Shown here piece after piece: positions 46,183 through 55,213 of a stretch of DNA of 61,510 nucleotides. The notes beneath the pieces are model-generated. The model saw only the letters and a list, made by a program, of their open reading frames with translations. It was not told the origin of the DNA and did not search any database. The stretch lies in assembly GCA_903916245.1 (NCBI GenBank), contig CAIWVZ010000064.1, positions 1 to 61,510 on the forward strand, given 5' to 3'. The DNA is from an uncultured Planctomycetota bacterium (GTDB lineage Bacteria > Planctomycetota > GCA-002687715 > CAIWVZ01). The number at the start of each line of letters is the position of its first letter. Positions within the stretch are counted from its first letter, which is position 1. A program made the translations under genes and the position numbers.

Positions 46183-46890
46183 ATGCCGTTTTTCCCGTTC
46201 GGCGGGGGCGTTCCGGCGCGAGCGGCGCCCGATGTCGGCGCATCGGCAGGCGTTCATCCCGTTCGGTGGGGGCGTTCCGCAGCTGACGGCCGGTCGGCGG
46301 AACCGCTTGCATGCCTCCGGGGACCGATGGTTGTCACGACACTGCTCACTTTAGGCCGGAAGCTCATCCTGGAGGTCCTGAGGAGACAGGCGTCGATGTG
46401 GGCCGTCCTTCAGCGGGTACCAATCACTTGGAAGGGAGTGGGAACGTCGCTGCCCATTGCACGATCGGAGACGAGAGCCCGTTCGATCGCCCCGCTTCGC
46501 GACGATGGTCCTCGAGTCCGGTGCAATCGGACCCGATGAGGACTTCCATCGATCGCGATTCGTCGGGCGTCGTTCAACCCGTTGGGCCGGGGCGCTCCGG
46601 TGCCCACTGCCGTTCGTCGGAACCGCTTGCATGCCTCCGGGGAACGATGGTTGTCGCGACGCTGCTCACTCTTGGCCGGAAGCTCATCCTGGAGGTCCTG
46701 AGGAGGCAGGCGTCGATGTGGGCCGTCCTTCAGCGGGTACGAATCACTGGAAAGGGAGTGGGAACGTCGCTGCCCATTGCACGAGCGGAGACGAGAGCCC
46801 GTTCGATCGCCCCGATTCGCGACGATGATCCTCGAGTCCGGTGCAATCGGATCGGATGAGGTCTTCCATCGATCGCGATTCGTCGGGCGC
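46183..46890. repeat. tandem direct duplication, 320-nt period (two full units plus a third partial leader), non-coding by my reading
   Basis: AACCGCTTGCATGCCTCCGG at 46301 and 46621. The ~270-nt cores (46299-46568 vs 46619-46888) differ at about 15 positions by hand alignment. The CCCGTT.GG..GGGGCG.TCCG leader occurs three times. Confidence 0.85.
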
Positions 46891-46895
46891 CGTGG

Positions 46896-46934
46896 AAAAA
46901 GAGCGAAGCCCGAGGCCGAAGGGCCGCGGGCTTC
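46896..46934 (-). terminator. rho-independent terminator of the 46960..48684 gene
   Basis: On the minus strand: GAAGCCCGCGGCC-CTTC-GGCCTCGGGCTTC followed by GCTCTTTTTCC. Confidence 0.8.
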
Positions 46935-46959
46935 GAACGGACGGCGAGTCGCGCGAGGA

Positions 46960-48684
46960 TCAGGAGATGACGAGCACCTGTTCGTCGCGGTCGATTTCGA
47001 GGCCCGTCGCCGCATCGGTGATCGTGATGCGCAGACGATGGGGGAGACCGAGGAACGTCGGGGGAAGGATCGGGAGCGGAATTGCGATCGACGGCGCGAA
47101 CACCAGTTCACCCGGCATCATGACGAACGGGGTCGTCGGAAGCACGGTGGTGACCGCGTTGCTCGGATCGTGCAGCGTCAACGAGACGTTGTAGCCGGCG
47201 ACGGTGGGTAGAACGTTGTAGATCGCGAAATCGAACCACATGGCGCCACCGTTGGGGATGGAGGGCGGGATCGCGATCGCGGGGAGCATCACCGTCATCG
47301 CACTCGGGAACGGGAGATTCACGTCGAGCGTCGTGTTGCCGTTCACGGAGACCGGAACGGTGATCGCCTGAGCGAAGGAGAATCGATGCGGGCGGATCGT
47401 CGCATTCCACGTGCCGTTCGGCACGAGGCGCGAATAAACGCCGGTCGCGTTCGAAGACGAACCCGTCGTGTAGACGAGGGCGCCCGTGAGAGGGTCGTTC
47501 AGCGAGACCGACGCGTCGGACAGCACGCCACCGAGGCCGGAGATCGTCCCGGAGAGAACACCGCCCGCGGGCACGTTGATCGTGAAGGGAGCCGCCGCCA
47601 CGACGTTCGCCGCGGTCATCGCCGTCGTCTGTGCCGGGGCGAACCCGGAGTTCGCCGGAGGGATCGCGTCGAAACGGCAGGCGTCGGCGGGCATCACCAC
47701 GCGGAACCAACCGTCGTGGGCCGTCTTGTTGTTCGACGTGTAGCGCTTGGTGCCGCCGTAAGCGGGCTCGAGTTCGATGGAGGTCTTCGGAACCCCGACT
47801 CCGTTGCCATTTACGTAACCGCTCACCACGTTTCCCGTGCCGAGCGTGATCGTGCCGAGATTCGTGGGGCCGGTCACCGTGACCGCAGCGATCTGCTGAC
47901 CCAGGTAGGCGTCACCCGGGGCCGGATCGATGTTCATGCGGTAGGTGCCCGCCGGAACGACGACCGTGACGACGCCGAGCAGGTTCGTGAGATCGGTAGG
48001 GGTCGGAACACGCTGACCGAGGGCGACGATGTCGAAGTCGACGTCGACGTCCTTGAGCGGAAGACCGGTATCGCCCCGGAGGATCGTGGCGGTTACCTGA
48101 AAGCCCGGTTGCAGCGTGATCGTGGGAATCGTCGTATTGGCGGTGACGGTGAACGGGCCGACTTCCTGAGACGCGAAGGTCGCGGCGCCGGCGGTGGCCG
48201 GATCGGCCACGATCTTGTAGGTGCCGGGAGGCACGGTGATCGTGTAGATCCCGGTGAGAGCCGTGTTGTCGTTCGGCGTGTAGAGCTTCTGGCCGGTGGC
48301 GGCGTCGATGACGTCCATGTCGCCGTTGGGGACTGGAAGTCCGGTGGTGCCGTAGAGAACAAGCCCGGAGATGGTCGCGCCCGGAACGAGGGTGAGATTG
48401 CCGACGTTCAGGGTGCCGGCCACGTGCATGTCTTCGATGTGAGCCGTAGCGAGTCCGGAGGCGGCAGGCGGAGCGACGTCGACCGAGTAGACGCCCGAAG
48501 GGACCGTGAAGGAGAACGTGCCCGCGGCGGTGGTGAGGACGGTGAGGCCGTTGCAGACGACGCTGGCTCCGGCGACGGGAAGACCCGCTTGGTTGACGAC
48601 CGTGCCCGTCAGTGTGTCCGCTTGAGCCAAGGCCGTGAGAGCCGCGACCGCGATGCAATGGCGTGTGCGTGCGTAGAGATTCAT
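46960..48684 (-). CDS. secreted protein made of carboxypeptidase-regulatory-like (CarboxypepD_reg) beta-sandwich repeats
   Basis: ATG at 48684 gives MNLYARTRHCIAVAALTALAQA. Repeated G.V....G.P..GA.V / TGIYTITVPPGTYK-type units. Confidence 0.6.
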   Translation of the reverse strand: MNLYARTRHCIAVAALTALAQADTLTGTVVNQAGLPVAGASVVCNGLTVLTTAAGTFSFTVPSGVYSVDVAPPAASGLATAHIEDMHVAGTLNVGNLTLVPGATISGLVLYGTTGLPVPNGDMDVIDAATGQKLYTPNDNTALTGIYTITVPPGTYKIVADPATAGAATFASQEVGPFTVTANTTIPTITLQPGFQVTATILRGDTGLPLKDVDVDFDIVALGQRVPTPTDLTNLLGVVTVVVPAGTYRMNIDPAPGDAYLGQQIAAVTVTGPTNLGTITLGTGNVVSGYVNGNGVGVPKTSIELEPAYGGTKRYTSNNKTAHDGWFRVVMPADACRFDAIPPANSGFAPAQTTAMTAANVVAAAPFTINVPAGGVLSGTISGLGGVLSDASVSLNDPLTGALVYTTGSSSNATGVYSRLVPNGTWNATIRPHRFSFAQAITVPVSVNGNTTLDVNLPFPSAMTVMLPAIAIPPSIPNGGAMWFDFAIYNVLPTVAGYNVSLTLHDPSNAVTTVLPTTPFVMMPGELVFAPSIAIPLPILPPTFLGLPHRLRITITDAATGLEIDRDEQVLVIS

Positions 48685-48758
48685 GAGAAGCGTTCCGGTG
48701 ATGCGACGCACGCCCAAAGGCATCCGTCGAGAAAGGAAATCACCGAAGACTACCCCCC

Positions 48759-48798
48759 AAAAAGTGGTCGGGCCGAGTCGAAAGTCGACTCGGCCCGA
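48759..48798 (-). terminator. rho-independent terminator of the 48835..50760 gene
   Basis: Perfect 13-bp stem TCGGGCCGAGTCG/CGACTCGGCCCGA (48768-48798), followed on the minus strand by CCACTTTTTGGGG. Confidence 0.75.
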
Positions 48799-48834
48799 AC
48801 ATTTTGGAAAAAAGAGTCGCCGCTTTTCCCGTGA

Positions 48835-50760
48835 TCAGTTGCCGAACTTCAGGAGCACGCCGTTCGACGACGAGATCTGCGCCGCGTTGAATCCAACCGT
48901 CGGCGTCGCCATGGCTTGCATGTGGAATTCCATGGTCGTCAGCGCAGGGTCGTTGGGAAGCGGGACCGTGATCGACCAGTTGCCGTTCGCGTCGCCGTTG
49001 AAGTTCACGAGTGTCGCCGTAAACCCGAGAAGATCAATGTAGTACGGGCAGGGACCCGCGTTGAGAAGCGGAGCGACGGGCGCGCTGAAGAGCAGCGATC
49101 CGATCTGGCCCGCGGGCATTCCCGCGACGCTGATGGTTCCGGTCATGCCGATACGCGGAGGCGTCGCGGAGAGCGACAACGGCGACGGGCCGCAGCCGAC
49201 GCCGAAGTTCGACGCGATCGCGTTGCTCTCGCCGATGTCGAGATAGAAGTACCCTTGGTTTCCGACGTAGCCCGACACGCGGATCATGAACGGGACGTTG
49301 GCCGTCGTCGCGAGATCGAGGATGCGGGCTTGCCAGCCGCGGAATCCGCAGACTCCGGTCTCGACGCCGCCGTCTTCGTTGCATGCGACCGGCACGTAGG
49401 CCGTGCCGTTGTGCGTGTAGACCATCAGCTGCGAGTCGGACATCTCACCGGGTTGATCGATCGCGTCGCCCCCGCAGGTCGAGATGCTGACCGTACCCGT
49501 ATATGCCGGGGTGTAGAGGAAGAAGAGGTCTTTCCAGCCCGGGTTGACGAAGGGACCGCACGCCGTCGCGAATCCCGGCTCGTTGGCGTTGAGAGCCATG
49601 GTGTTCGAGTAGGGACCGTTGCGGCCGCGTGCCACGGTGATCGGTGCCCCCGGAATATCGTTCGGAAGGATGTAGATGAACATCGAGATCGACGCGTTCC
49701 CGTCGGTGAATCCCGCCCGTCGCGCGCGGATCGGAAGGACCGCGTACGCGGGCTGGGTAGCCGCAAGGAAGAGGGTCGTGGAGTAGATGCCGTCGCCGGC
49801 AACCGCGTCACCCCACGTGCCGTCGTCGAACATCGGGTAGTTGCTGCTCGAACCGACTGACGAGGCGTCGATCGTGACTTCCGTTCCCGAGAGGGGGAGG
49901 CCGGACGGCAAGGTCGCGACCTGTGCCGTGATGACCTGAGGGACCGACGTGAATGCGGGGAGAACCGCCGCGGTCGTCGTCACTTGGAATGCGGCGATCG
50001 GGAAGGCGTCCGGTTCCCAAATGTACTCGTTGCCGGAAGACGGCAATTTGCCCGAGGCGACGTACATCGTCGAAAGCGGACTCGAAACCGGGCGGATGGG
50101 AGACGCCCACGTGCCTTGCGAAGCGGTCGACGCCACGGTGTCGAAGTCCGTCACCGGAGAGGCCGCGTTGCCCTTGATGCCGACCGAACCCGTGGCGGAC
50201 GTGAAGCCGGGGCCGATCGACCACGAGCCGTACTTGAAGGTGATCTTGCCTGTGCTTTCGCTGAGACGCGCTTGGAAGGTCATCGACGCGGAGCCCGCGG
50301 GCGCGGAGAGCGGCTTCACCGCCGACCACTGGACGACGCAAATACGCGTCGGTGCGACACCGATGGTTTCGATGCGAATTTCCGAGTTCGCGGCGGCGGA
50401 GACGAGGTCCGCGGCGAAGGGAGCCGCGACCCGGGCGACGTCGGGCGACGCGATCGGATTGTAGATGTTCGCCGCCGCACCCTGATCCGAGAATCGGAGC
50501 CAACCGTTGGTCGACACGCCGATCTTGGTCACCCACGCGCCTTGGCCGCCCGCTCCGCCGAACGGGAAGGGGAAGCCGATCGGGAGATCCGCGAAGAAGG
50601 CGTCGTCGAAGGAACCCGACGCGAGGACGGTGCCTCCGGTGATCGGCGAAAGAGCACCCGCCGCGCGCCTTTGGAAGTTGTAGTCGGAGACCTGTTGAGC
50701 CGCGAGAGAGGCTGCGAACAGCGTGGAAATACCGAGAATCTTGGCGAATGTGGGCTTCAT
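48835..50760 (-). CDS. large secreted protein with N-terminal NIDO-like domain and C-terminal beta-rich module
   Basis: ATG at 50760 gives MKPTFAKILGISTLFAASLAAQQ. FPFPFGG...VSTNGWLRF...APFAADL...VVQWSAV...MTFQARLSESTGKITFKYG (NIDO-like pattern). Confidence 0.55.
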   Translation of the reverse strand: MKPTFAKILGISTLFAASLAAQQVSDYNFQRRAAGALSPITGGTVLASGSFDDAFFADLPIGFPFPFGGAGGQGAWVTKIGVSTNGWLRFSDQGAAANIYNPIASPDVARVAAPFAADLVSAAANSEIRIETIGVAPTRICVVQWSAVKPLSAPAGSASMTFQARLSESTGKITFKYGSWSIGPGFTSATGSVGIKGNAASPVTDFDTVASTASQGTWASPIRPVSSPLSTMYVASGKLPSSGNEYIWEPDAFPIAAFQVTTTAAVLPAFTSVPQVITAQVATLPSGLPLSGTEVTIDASSVGSSSNYPMFDDGTWGDAVAGDGIYSTTLFLAATQPAYAVLPIRARRAGFTDGNASISMFIYILPNDIPGAPITVARGRNGPYSNTMALNANEPGFATACGPFVNPGWKDLFFLYTPAYTGTVSISTCGGDAIDQPGEMSDSQLMVYTHNGTAYVPVACNEDGGVETGVCGFRGWQARILDLATTANVPFMIRVSGYVGNQGYFYLDIGESNAIASNFGVGCGPSPLSLSATPPRIGMTGTISVAGMPAGQIGSLLFSAPVAPLLNAGPCPYYIDLLGFTATLVNFNGDANGNWSITVPLPNDPALTTMEFHMQAMATPTVGFNAAQISSSNGVLLKFGN

Positions 50761-50969
50761 GGCGTCGGAAGAATAGCCCCCAAAACCAAAAGCCATATTT
50801 GGAAAAAGATCAATATTCGCGATGAAAATGCGTCGTTTTCGGACCCTTTCGCATTCCTTTGTCCGGAGGTGGGATGAGAATCCTCCCGGACGCGCGGGTT
50901 ATCGAAAAAAATCTCGTGAGGTGCGATTTGTCCCGAGCGACCTCGTCTCGAAACGTTCGCGTCGATTCG

Positions 50970-51392
50970 TCAGGCGTCGGGAAAGACGAACCGAATCGGC
51001 GCCTCGATGTCCGCATGTAGACTTCTGTGTACAGGGCATCCGTGGGCCGCGGCCTCGAGTGCCTTCGCGTCGTCGTCGGAAAGGCGGCGGTCGAACGTGA
51101 TCGTGACGGGAAGACGCGCGATGCGCCGCGGCGGTTCGGCCGTCATGTGCTTTTCCACATGGACACGGATGCCGCGCAGATCGATCCCGCGTCGTTCGGC
51201 GACCATCGCCATGATGGTGACGACGCAGGTGCCGAGGGCCGTCGCATACAGGTCGGTCGGAGAGAACTTGGAACCGTCGCCGCCGTTGTCCTTCGGGGGC
51301 GTCGTTTCGAGAACCGAGCCGCTCGGCCCGTGGGTGGCGCGGCACGAAAGTCCGCCGAGATAGTTGATGTGGATGTCGACAGCCATGCGCAT
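50970..51392 (-). CDS. OsmC/Ohr-family peroxiredoxin-like protein
   Basis: 140 aa with the two conserved Cys contexts ALGTCVV and AHGCPVHRSL. Confidence 0.8.
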   Translation of the reverse strand: MRMAVDIHINYLGGLSCRATHGPSGSVLETTPPKDNGGDGSKFSPTDLYATALGTCVVTIMAMVAERRGIDLRGIRVHVEKHMTAEPPRRIARLPVTITFDRRLSDDDAKALEAAAHGCPVHRSLHADIEAPIRFVFPDA

Positions 51393-51496
51393 ATCCTAAC
51401 GCGGGGCCCGCGGCGAATCGACGCAAGCGGCGTCGCCGTCGGGGATTCCGTCGATGGACATCTCTCGGCCGACCCGCGTCCTGCTAGGCTTGCGTC

Positions 51497-52687
51497 ATGA
51501 CCCTTTTCGTACTCGGCGAGGCGCCCGAAACCGTTCGCGTGAATCACGTCCGGAGCGGTACGCTCGGATTCCGTGGACGTCACGGCACGAGCGCGGCGGA
51601 TTTTGCGCTGGCGGAAGCGCTCCCCGCTCGTTGCCCGGGCAAAGTCCTTCTCGGGCTCGATCATGCCGGAGTCGGGCTTCTCACGGCGCGAGCGCTGTGG
51701 GGGCCGGACGCGACGACGTGGTGGCACTTCGACGCGTATGCCGCCGGGGAAGTCGCCCAGGTTCTCGCCGCGAACGGGGTCCCCACGGACGCGATGTGCG
51801 TCGGTGAAGATTTGCCCGGATTCGTGCCGTCGGGCGACAACGTCCTCGCGACCGGGCGGACCACGGCCGGGGACGTCGTGACGCGTAACGGTGGCCCGTT
51901 CGATCTCGTCGCCTTTCCTTTCCCGGCGGGGGGCGAAGCGCTGTTGACGCGCGAGGTGATCGAACAGGCGCATGACCTTCTGCCTCAGGGAGGCCGCATG
52001 GTGGGCACCACGGACAAGGATCCGTCGTGGCTCAAATCCGCCGTCGAATCGGTCTTCGGGAAAGCGGATGTTTCCGAGGTGCGCGGCGGCTTTGCGGTTT
52101 GGGCCACACGTCGCAAGGAACGTGCGGCCTGGAAGGATCACTCGCACGTTTTGGAAGTCGATCTTCCGCCGAAGCCCATGAACTTCCTCACGCGCGCGGG
52201 CGTCTTCTCCTACGGGCGCATCGACCGTGGAACCAAGGCGCTTCTCAAGGTCCTCGAAGTCGGGCCGAAGGCCCGTATCCTCGACATCGGCTGCGGAAAC
52301 GGCATCATCGGCAGTTTCGCCGCGGCCCGTTCTCCGGGGTCGACCTTGGTCATGGTCGACTGCAACGCGCGCGCGATCGGCGCGGCCCGGCGTTCGATCG
52401 CGCTGAACGGACTTCCCGCCGCGCAGGCGATCCTACGCCGCGACCTCGAGGACATTCCGGGCGGTCCTTTCGATCTGATCGTGGCGAATCCGCCGTATTT
52501 CGGCGACTTCCGGATCGCGAACGCGTTCATCGCCGCGGCCCGTCACCACATCGCCCGTGACGGACGATTCTGGCTCGTCGCGAAAGCGGGCGAAGCCCAC
52601 AAGGAAATCGTCGGGCGCAAATTCGGAGATTCGCGGACCGAGATGGTCGGGCTCGATACCTACTTCGTCATCTCGGCGCGCCCGTAA
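51497..52687 (+). CDS. two-domain class I SAM-dependent methyltransferase, RsmC/RlmG-like rRNA (guanine-N2) methyltransferase
   Basis: 396 aa. C-terminal ILDIGCGNGIIG (SAM motif I) and LIVANPPYF (N2-G/N6-A NPPY-type motif). The N-terminal half is a degenerate duplicate. Confidence 0.7.
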   Translation: MTLFVLGEAPETVRVNHVRSGTLGFRGRHGTSAADFALAEALPARCPGKVLLGLDHAGVGLLTARALWGPDATTWWHFDAYAAGEVAQVLAANGVPTDAMCVGEDLPGFVPSGDNVLATGRTTAGDVVTRNGGPFDLVAFPFPAGGEALLTREVIEQAHDLLPQGGRMVGTTDKDPSWLKSAVESVFGKADVSEVRGGFAVWATRRKERAAWKDHSHVLEVDLPPKPMNFLTRAGVFSYGRIDRGTKALLKVLEVGPKARILDIGCGNGIIGSFAAARSPGSTLVMVDCNARAIGAARRSIALNGLPAAQAILRRDLEDIPGGPFDLIVANPPYFGDFRIANAFIAAARHHIARDGRFWLVAKAGEAHKEIVGRKFGDSRTEMVGLDTYFVISARP

Positions 52688-53357
52688 CGGCGGCCAAGGT
52701 GCGGATGGTCTCCGCCAAGAGGCCGAGAGCCGCGGCGGCGCACGATCCTCCGACGGCGAGCCACGTTCCGGAAGTCGCGTCGAAGCCGGCGCCGGTCCAT
52801 GCGAACATGCGAAGAGCCGCGACCGCCGTGGATGTCACGGTGAGTACCGCGATGGTTCGCCACCACCGTCGGGACAAGGTGCGCGGGACGCGCCTTCTCG
52901 TGGAGATTCTGGTTGCCACGAAATGCATGGTGTCTCGAAGCGCGACGAGAGGCGCGGGTGGCCAAAGCGGTACCGCCCACCACGAACGCACCGCATCGTT
53001 CGGGTCGATGTGCCATTCCCGAACGACTTCCGGCCCGGAACGTGCGAGCGCGGCGCGCCCGACGGCGCGGAGTGCGACCGCCGCGGTGAACAGTGCGATT
53101 GCGAGAGGAACGACGTTGAACGGCGTCAACGTCGGAACCGTCTCGTGGGTCGCGCCGACGACGGCTTCGGCGAGGAAGATCACCGCGCAAAGTCTCAGTG
53201 CCCACGTCGCTCGGGTCGCGGCGGATTCGGGTGGAATCCACTTCCACGGAGCATGATCGCCCGCGATCGGCGGCCACGCCAACGCGCGTCCGATGCGCGC
53301 GTCGGAGGTGATCGGCGTCGCATCGTGGCCTCGTGAAACGGGAGCGGGTTCGAACAT
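52668..53357 (-). CDS. hypothetical integral membrane protein
   Basis: GC3-rich frame checked by hand at the 3' end. Start set at MFEPAPVS. Several hydrophobic segments. The 3' end overlaps the convergent methyltransferase by 20 nt. Confidence 0.4.
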   Translation of the reverse strand: MFEPAPVSRGHDATPITSDARIGRALAWPPIAGDHAPWKWIPPESAATRATWALRLCAVIFLAEAVVGATHETVPTLTPFNVVPLAIALFTAAVALRAVGRAALARSGPEVVREWHIDPNDAVRSWWAVPLWPPAPLVALRDTMHFVATRISTRRRVPRTLSRRWWRTIAVLTVTSTAVAALRMFAWTGAGFDATSGTWLAVGGSCAAAALGLLAETIRTLAAVTGAPR

Positions 53358-53456
53358 CGGGAGCGAGAGTCTACGTGGAGCGGCGCGGTCGGTGCCTCCG
53401 ACGATTTCGAGTCGACGTCGGCGTCGACGGAAGCCGCTGTCCATCCGCGACTTGAG

Positions 53457-53816
53457 TCATCCACGCATGAATGGGCCGATGAAGAAACTCGCCACGGCGG
53501 ACATGGCGTTGGCGGTCGCGATCGCGATGAAGCACCGATTCCAAGTCCAGTCCGAGAAGCGTCGCCACAAGAGGAGCTCGACGCCGGTCGCGACGACTTC
53601 GATGAACGTCCACGGAATCCCCGACGCGGCGCACCACCATGCCGCCGGATGCGTCACGAGATTCAGCAATGCGATCGCGGGAAACACGGCCGCCGTAGAG
53701 GTACCCGGCCGGGCGATGCGCACGACGGCGGATTCGATCACGATCGTCGCGATGTACGACGACGCCCATATCGCAACGTCGAAGGTCGCGGCTTCGAATA
53801 CGGACGTCGTCGTCAT
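53457..53816 (-). CDS. hypothetical small membrane protein
   Basis: Start set at MTTTSVFEAATF, which overlaps the stop of the upstream flavoprotein (ATGA). 3-4 predicted TM segments. Confidence 0.4.
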   Translation of the reverse strand: MTTTSVFEAATFDVAIWASSYIATIVIESAVVRIARPGTSTAAVFPAIALLNLVTHPAAWWCAASGIPWTFIEVVATGVELLLWRRFSDWTWNRCFIAIATANAMSAVASFFIGPFMRG

Positions 53817-55213
53817 CCGTGCCGCCGTCGGAGAGCGGCGCGCACGGAGCGCCCCGCGACGAAGCCGCTCGACCACGCCCATTGGAAATTGAAGCCGCCG
53901 AGTCGTCCCGTCACGTTGACCACCTCACCGCAAAAACGTACGCGCGGATCGTGGCGGCTCGCGAGCGTTCTTCGATCGAGTTCTCCGAGAGGGACACCGC
54001 CGCTCGTCACTTCGGCGCGATCCCAACCGCCGGATCCGATCGGACGCAGCGGTGCGTGGCAGGTCGCCGTCCACACTCGACGCCGCTCTCCCTCCGCGCA
54101 CCCGGACCACGTTTTTCCAGGCGGGACCCCGCATCGTTCGGCGATGCGCGCCGCGAGTGTCTTGGGCAGTGTGATCGCGAGGGCTCCCGCGATCGACTTG
54201 GCACCGGCGATGCGCGTCATGTCGGCATCGAACTCGGCGAACGACGTGACGGTCGGCATGTCGTCCGGCGGAATGCAGGCTCCCGGAGCTTTTCCACCCA
54301 CGGCGAACAGGGGCCAGGCGCCATCCGGGCGCGCCAACGCCCAAAAATCCGCGTAGATCAGCGGTCGCCGCCCGTCGGCCACGGCACGCAGCGCGGTGCC
54401 ACCCACGTCGAACGCCGCAGGTCCCGTGATGCCGTCGTGGGTCACGAGAACGCTCCCGCACGCCGATGCGTCGGGGGCGTACTTGCGTCCACACCGCTGC
54501 TCGGGAGTCGTGCCTTCCGGCGAGACGTCGAAGCGCACGGGGAGGGTGACTCCCGCGAGGCCGTCGAGCACGGATCCCGCTTCGAGCTTCAGATTGACCA
54601 ACGCGGGGACCGTCGGAATCACCGTATGGCCGATGGCTGCGGCGAACGCGTAGCCCGCACCTTGAGAGCCCGTCTTCGGAAGACTTAGACCGCCGGTTGC
54701 GATGATCACCGCACGCGCCACATAGTCGCGGATCTCCGTACGAACGACGACCGTTTCGTTGTCCAAGGTATCGATCGCCGTCGCCTTGGCGCCTCCGATG
54801 ATGGGGATCTCCGCGCGACGGCAGGCGTCGAGGAGGGCCGCCAACACCGTACGGGCGTCGTCGGTTTTCGGGAACACCTTGCCGAGCGGCTCTTCGTAGG
54901 TCGAAACCCCTTCCGCCTCGAACCAAGCACGAGCCGTTCGTGCGGGGTACTCGGCGAGAATGGCGCGAAGCGCATGCGGTGCGTCGGTATCGAAATCCGA
55001 GGCTTCGACGCGGACGTTTGTGAGGTTGCAACGTCCGCCTCCCGACACGAGGATCTTGAGCCCCGGCTTCTTTCCGGCGTCGAGGACGACGACGCGGAGT
55101 GGAGCGTCCGTATCGGATGCGTCGGCGTCGTGCGTCGCTCCCGCGCATGCGAGGGCGGCGAAGAGACCCGCGGCTCCCGCTCCGATCACGAGGACGTCGG
55201 CGTCGATCGTCAC
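53813..55213 (-). CDS. HI0933/BaiN-family NAD(P)/FAD-dependent oxidoreductase
   Basis: GTG at 55213 overlaps the upstream stop (GTGA). DVLVIGAGAAGLFAA dinucleotide fold, ILVSGGGRCNLTN, GGLSLPKTGSQGAGY, C-terminal FCGEVVNVTGRLGGFNFQWAWSSG. Confidence 0.8.
   Translation of the reverse strand: MTIDADVLVIGAGAAGLFAALACAGATHDADASDTDAPLRVVVLDAGKKPGLKILVSGGGRCNLTNVRVEASDFDTDAPHALRAILAEYPARTARAWFEAEGVSTYEEPLGKVFPKTDDARTVLAALLDACRRAEIPIIGGAKATAIDTLDNETVVVRTEIRDYVARAVIIATGGLSLPKTGSQGAGYAFAAAIGHTVIPTVPALVNLKLEAGSVLDGLAGVTLPVRFDVSPEGTTPEQRCGRKYAPDASACGSVLVTHDGITGPAAFDVGGTALRAVADGRRPLIYADFWALARPDGAWPLFAVGGKAPGACIPPDDMPTVTSFAEFDADMTRIAGAKSIAGALAITLPKTLAARIAERCGVPPGKTWSGCAEGERRRVWTATCHAPLRPIGSGGWDRAEVTSGGVPLGELDRRTLASRHDPRVRFCGEVVNVTGRLGGFNFQWAWSSGFVAGRSVRAALRRRHG

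Noticed and set aside
46355-46400. CCGGAAGC...GGAGGTCCTGAGGAGACAGG resembling the SRP RNA domain IV or TPP-riboswitch CUGAGA core
   Set aside because: The GNAR tetraloop context and symmetric-loop residues of SRP RNA are absent. The remaining TPP consensus (ACCUGAUCUGGAUAAUGCCAGCG) is also absent. The similarity is limited to a few purine-rich bases.
46183-46890. Tandem repeat considered as a CRISPR array or as a DGR template/variable repeat pair
   Set aside because: A 320-nt unit with no short repeat-spacer periodicity and no cas genes rules out CRISPR. The copy differences are not adenine-specific (c>a, a>g, t>c, c>g, g>a and others) and no reverse transcriptase is nearby, which argues against a DGR.
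50797-50969. Spacer between the NIDO-like gene and OsmC, examined for a tRNA/sRNA or a clean terminator
   Set aside because: It contains an imperfect hairpin (GTCCGGAGG...CCTCCCGGAC) and an A7/T7 run. I could not form a convincing stem directly adjacent to the U-tract, and there is no tRNA-like cloverleaf.
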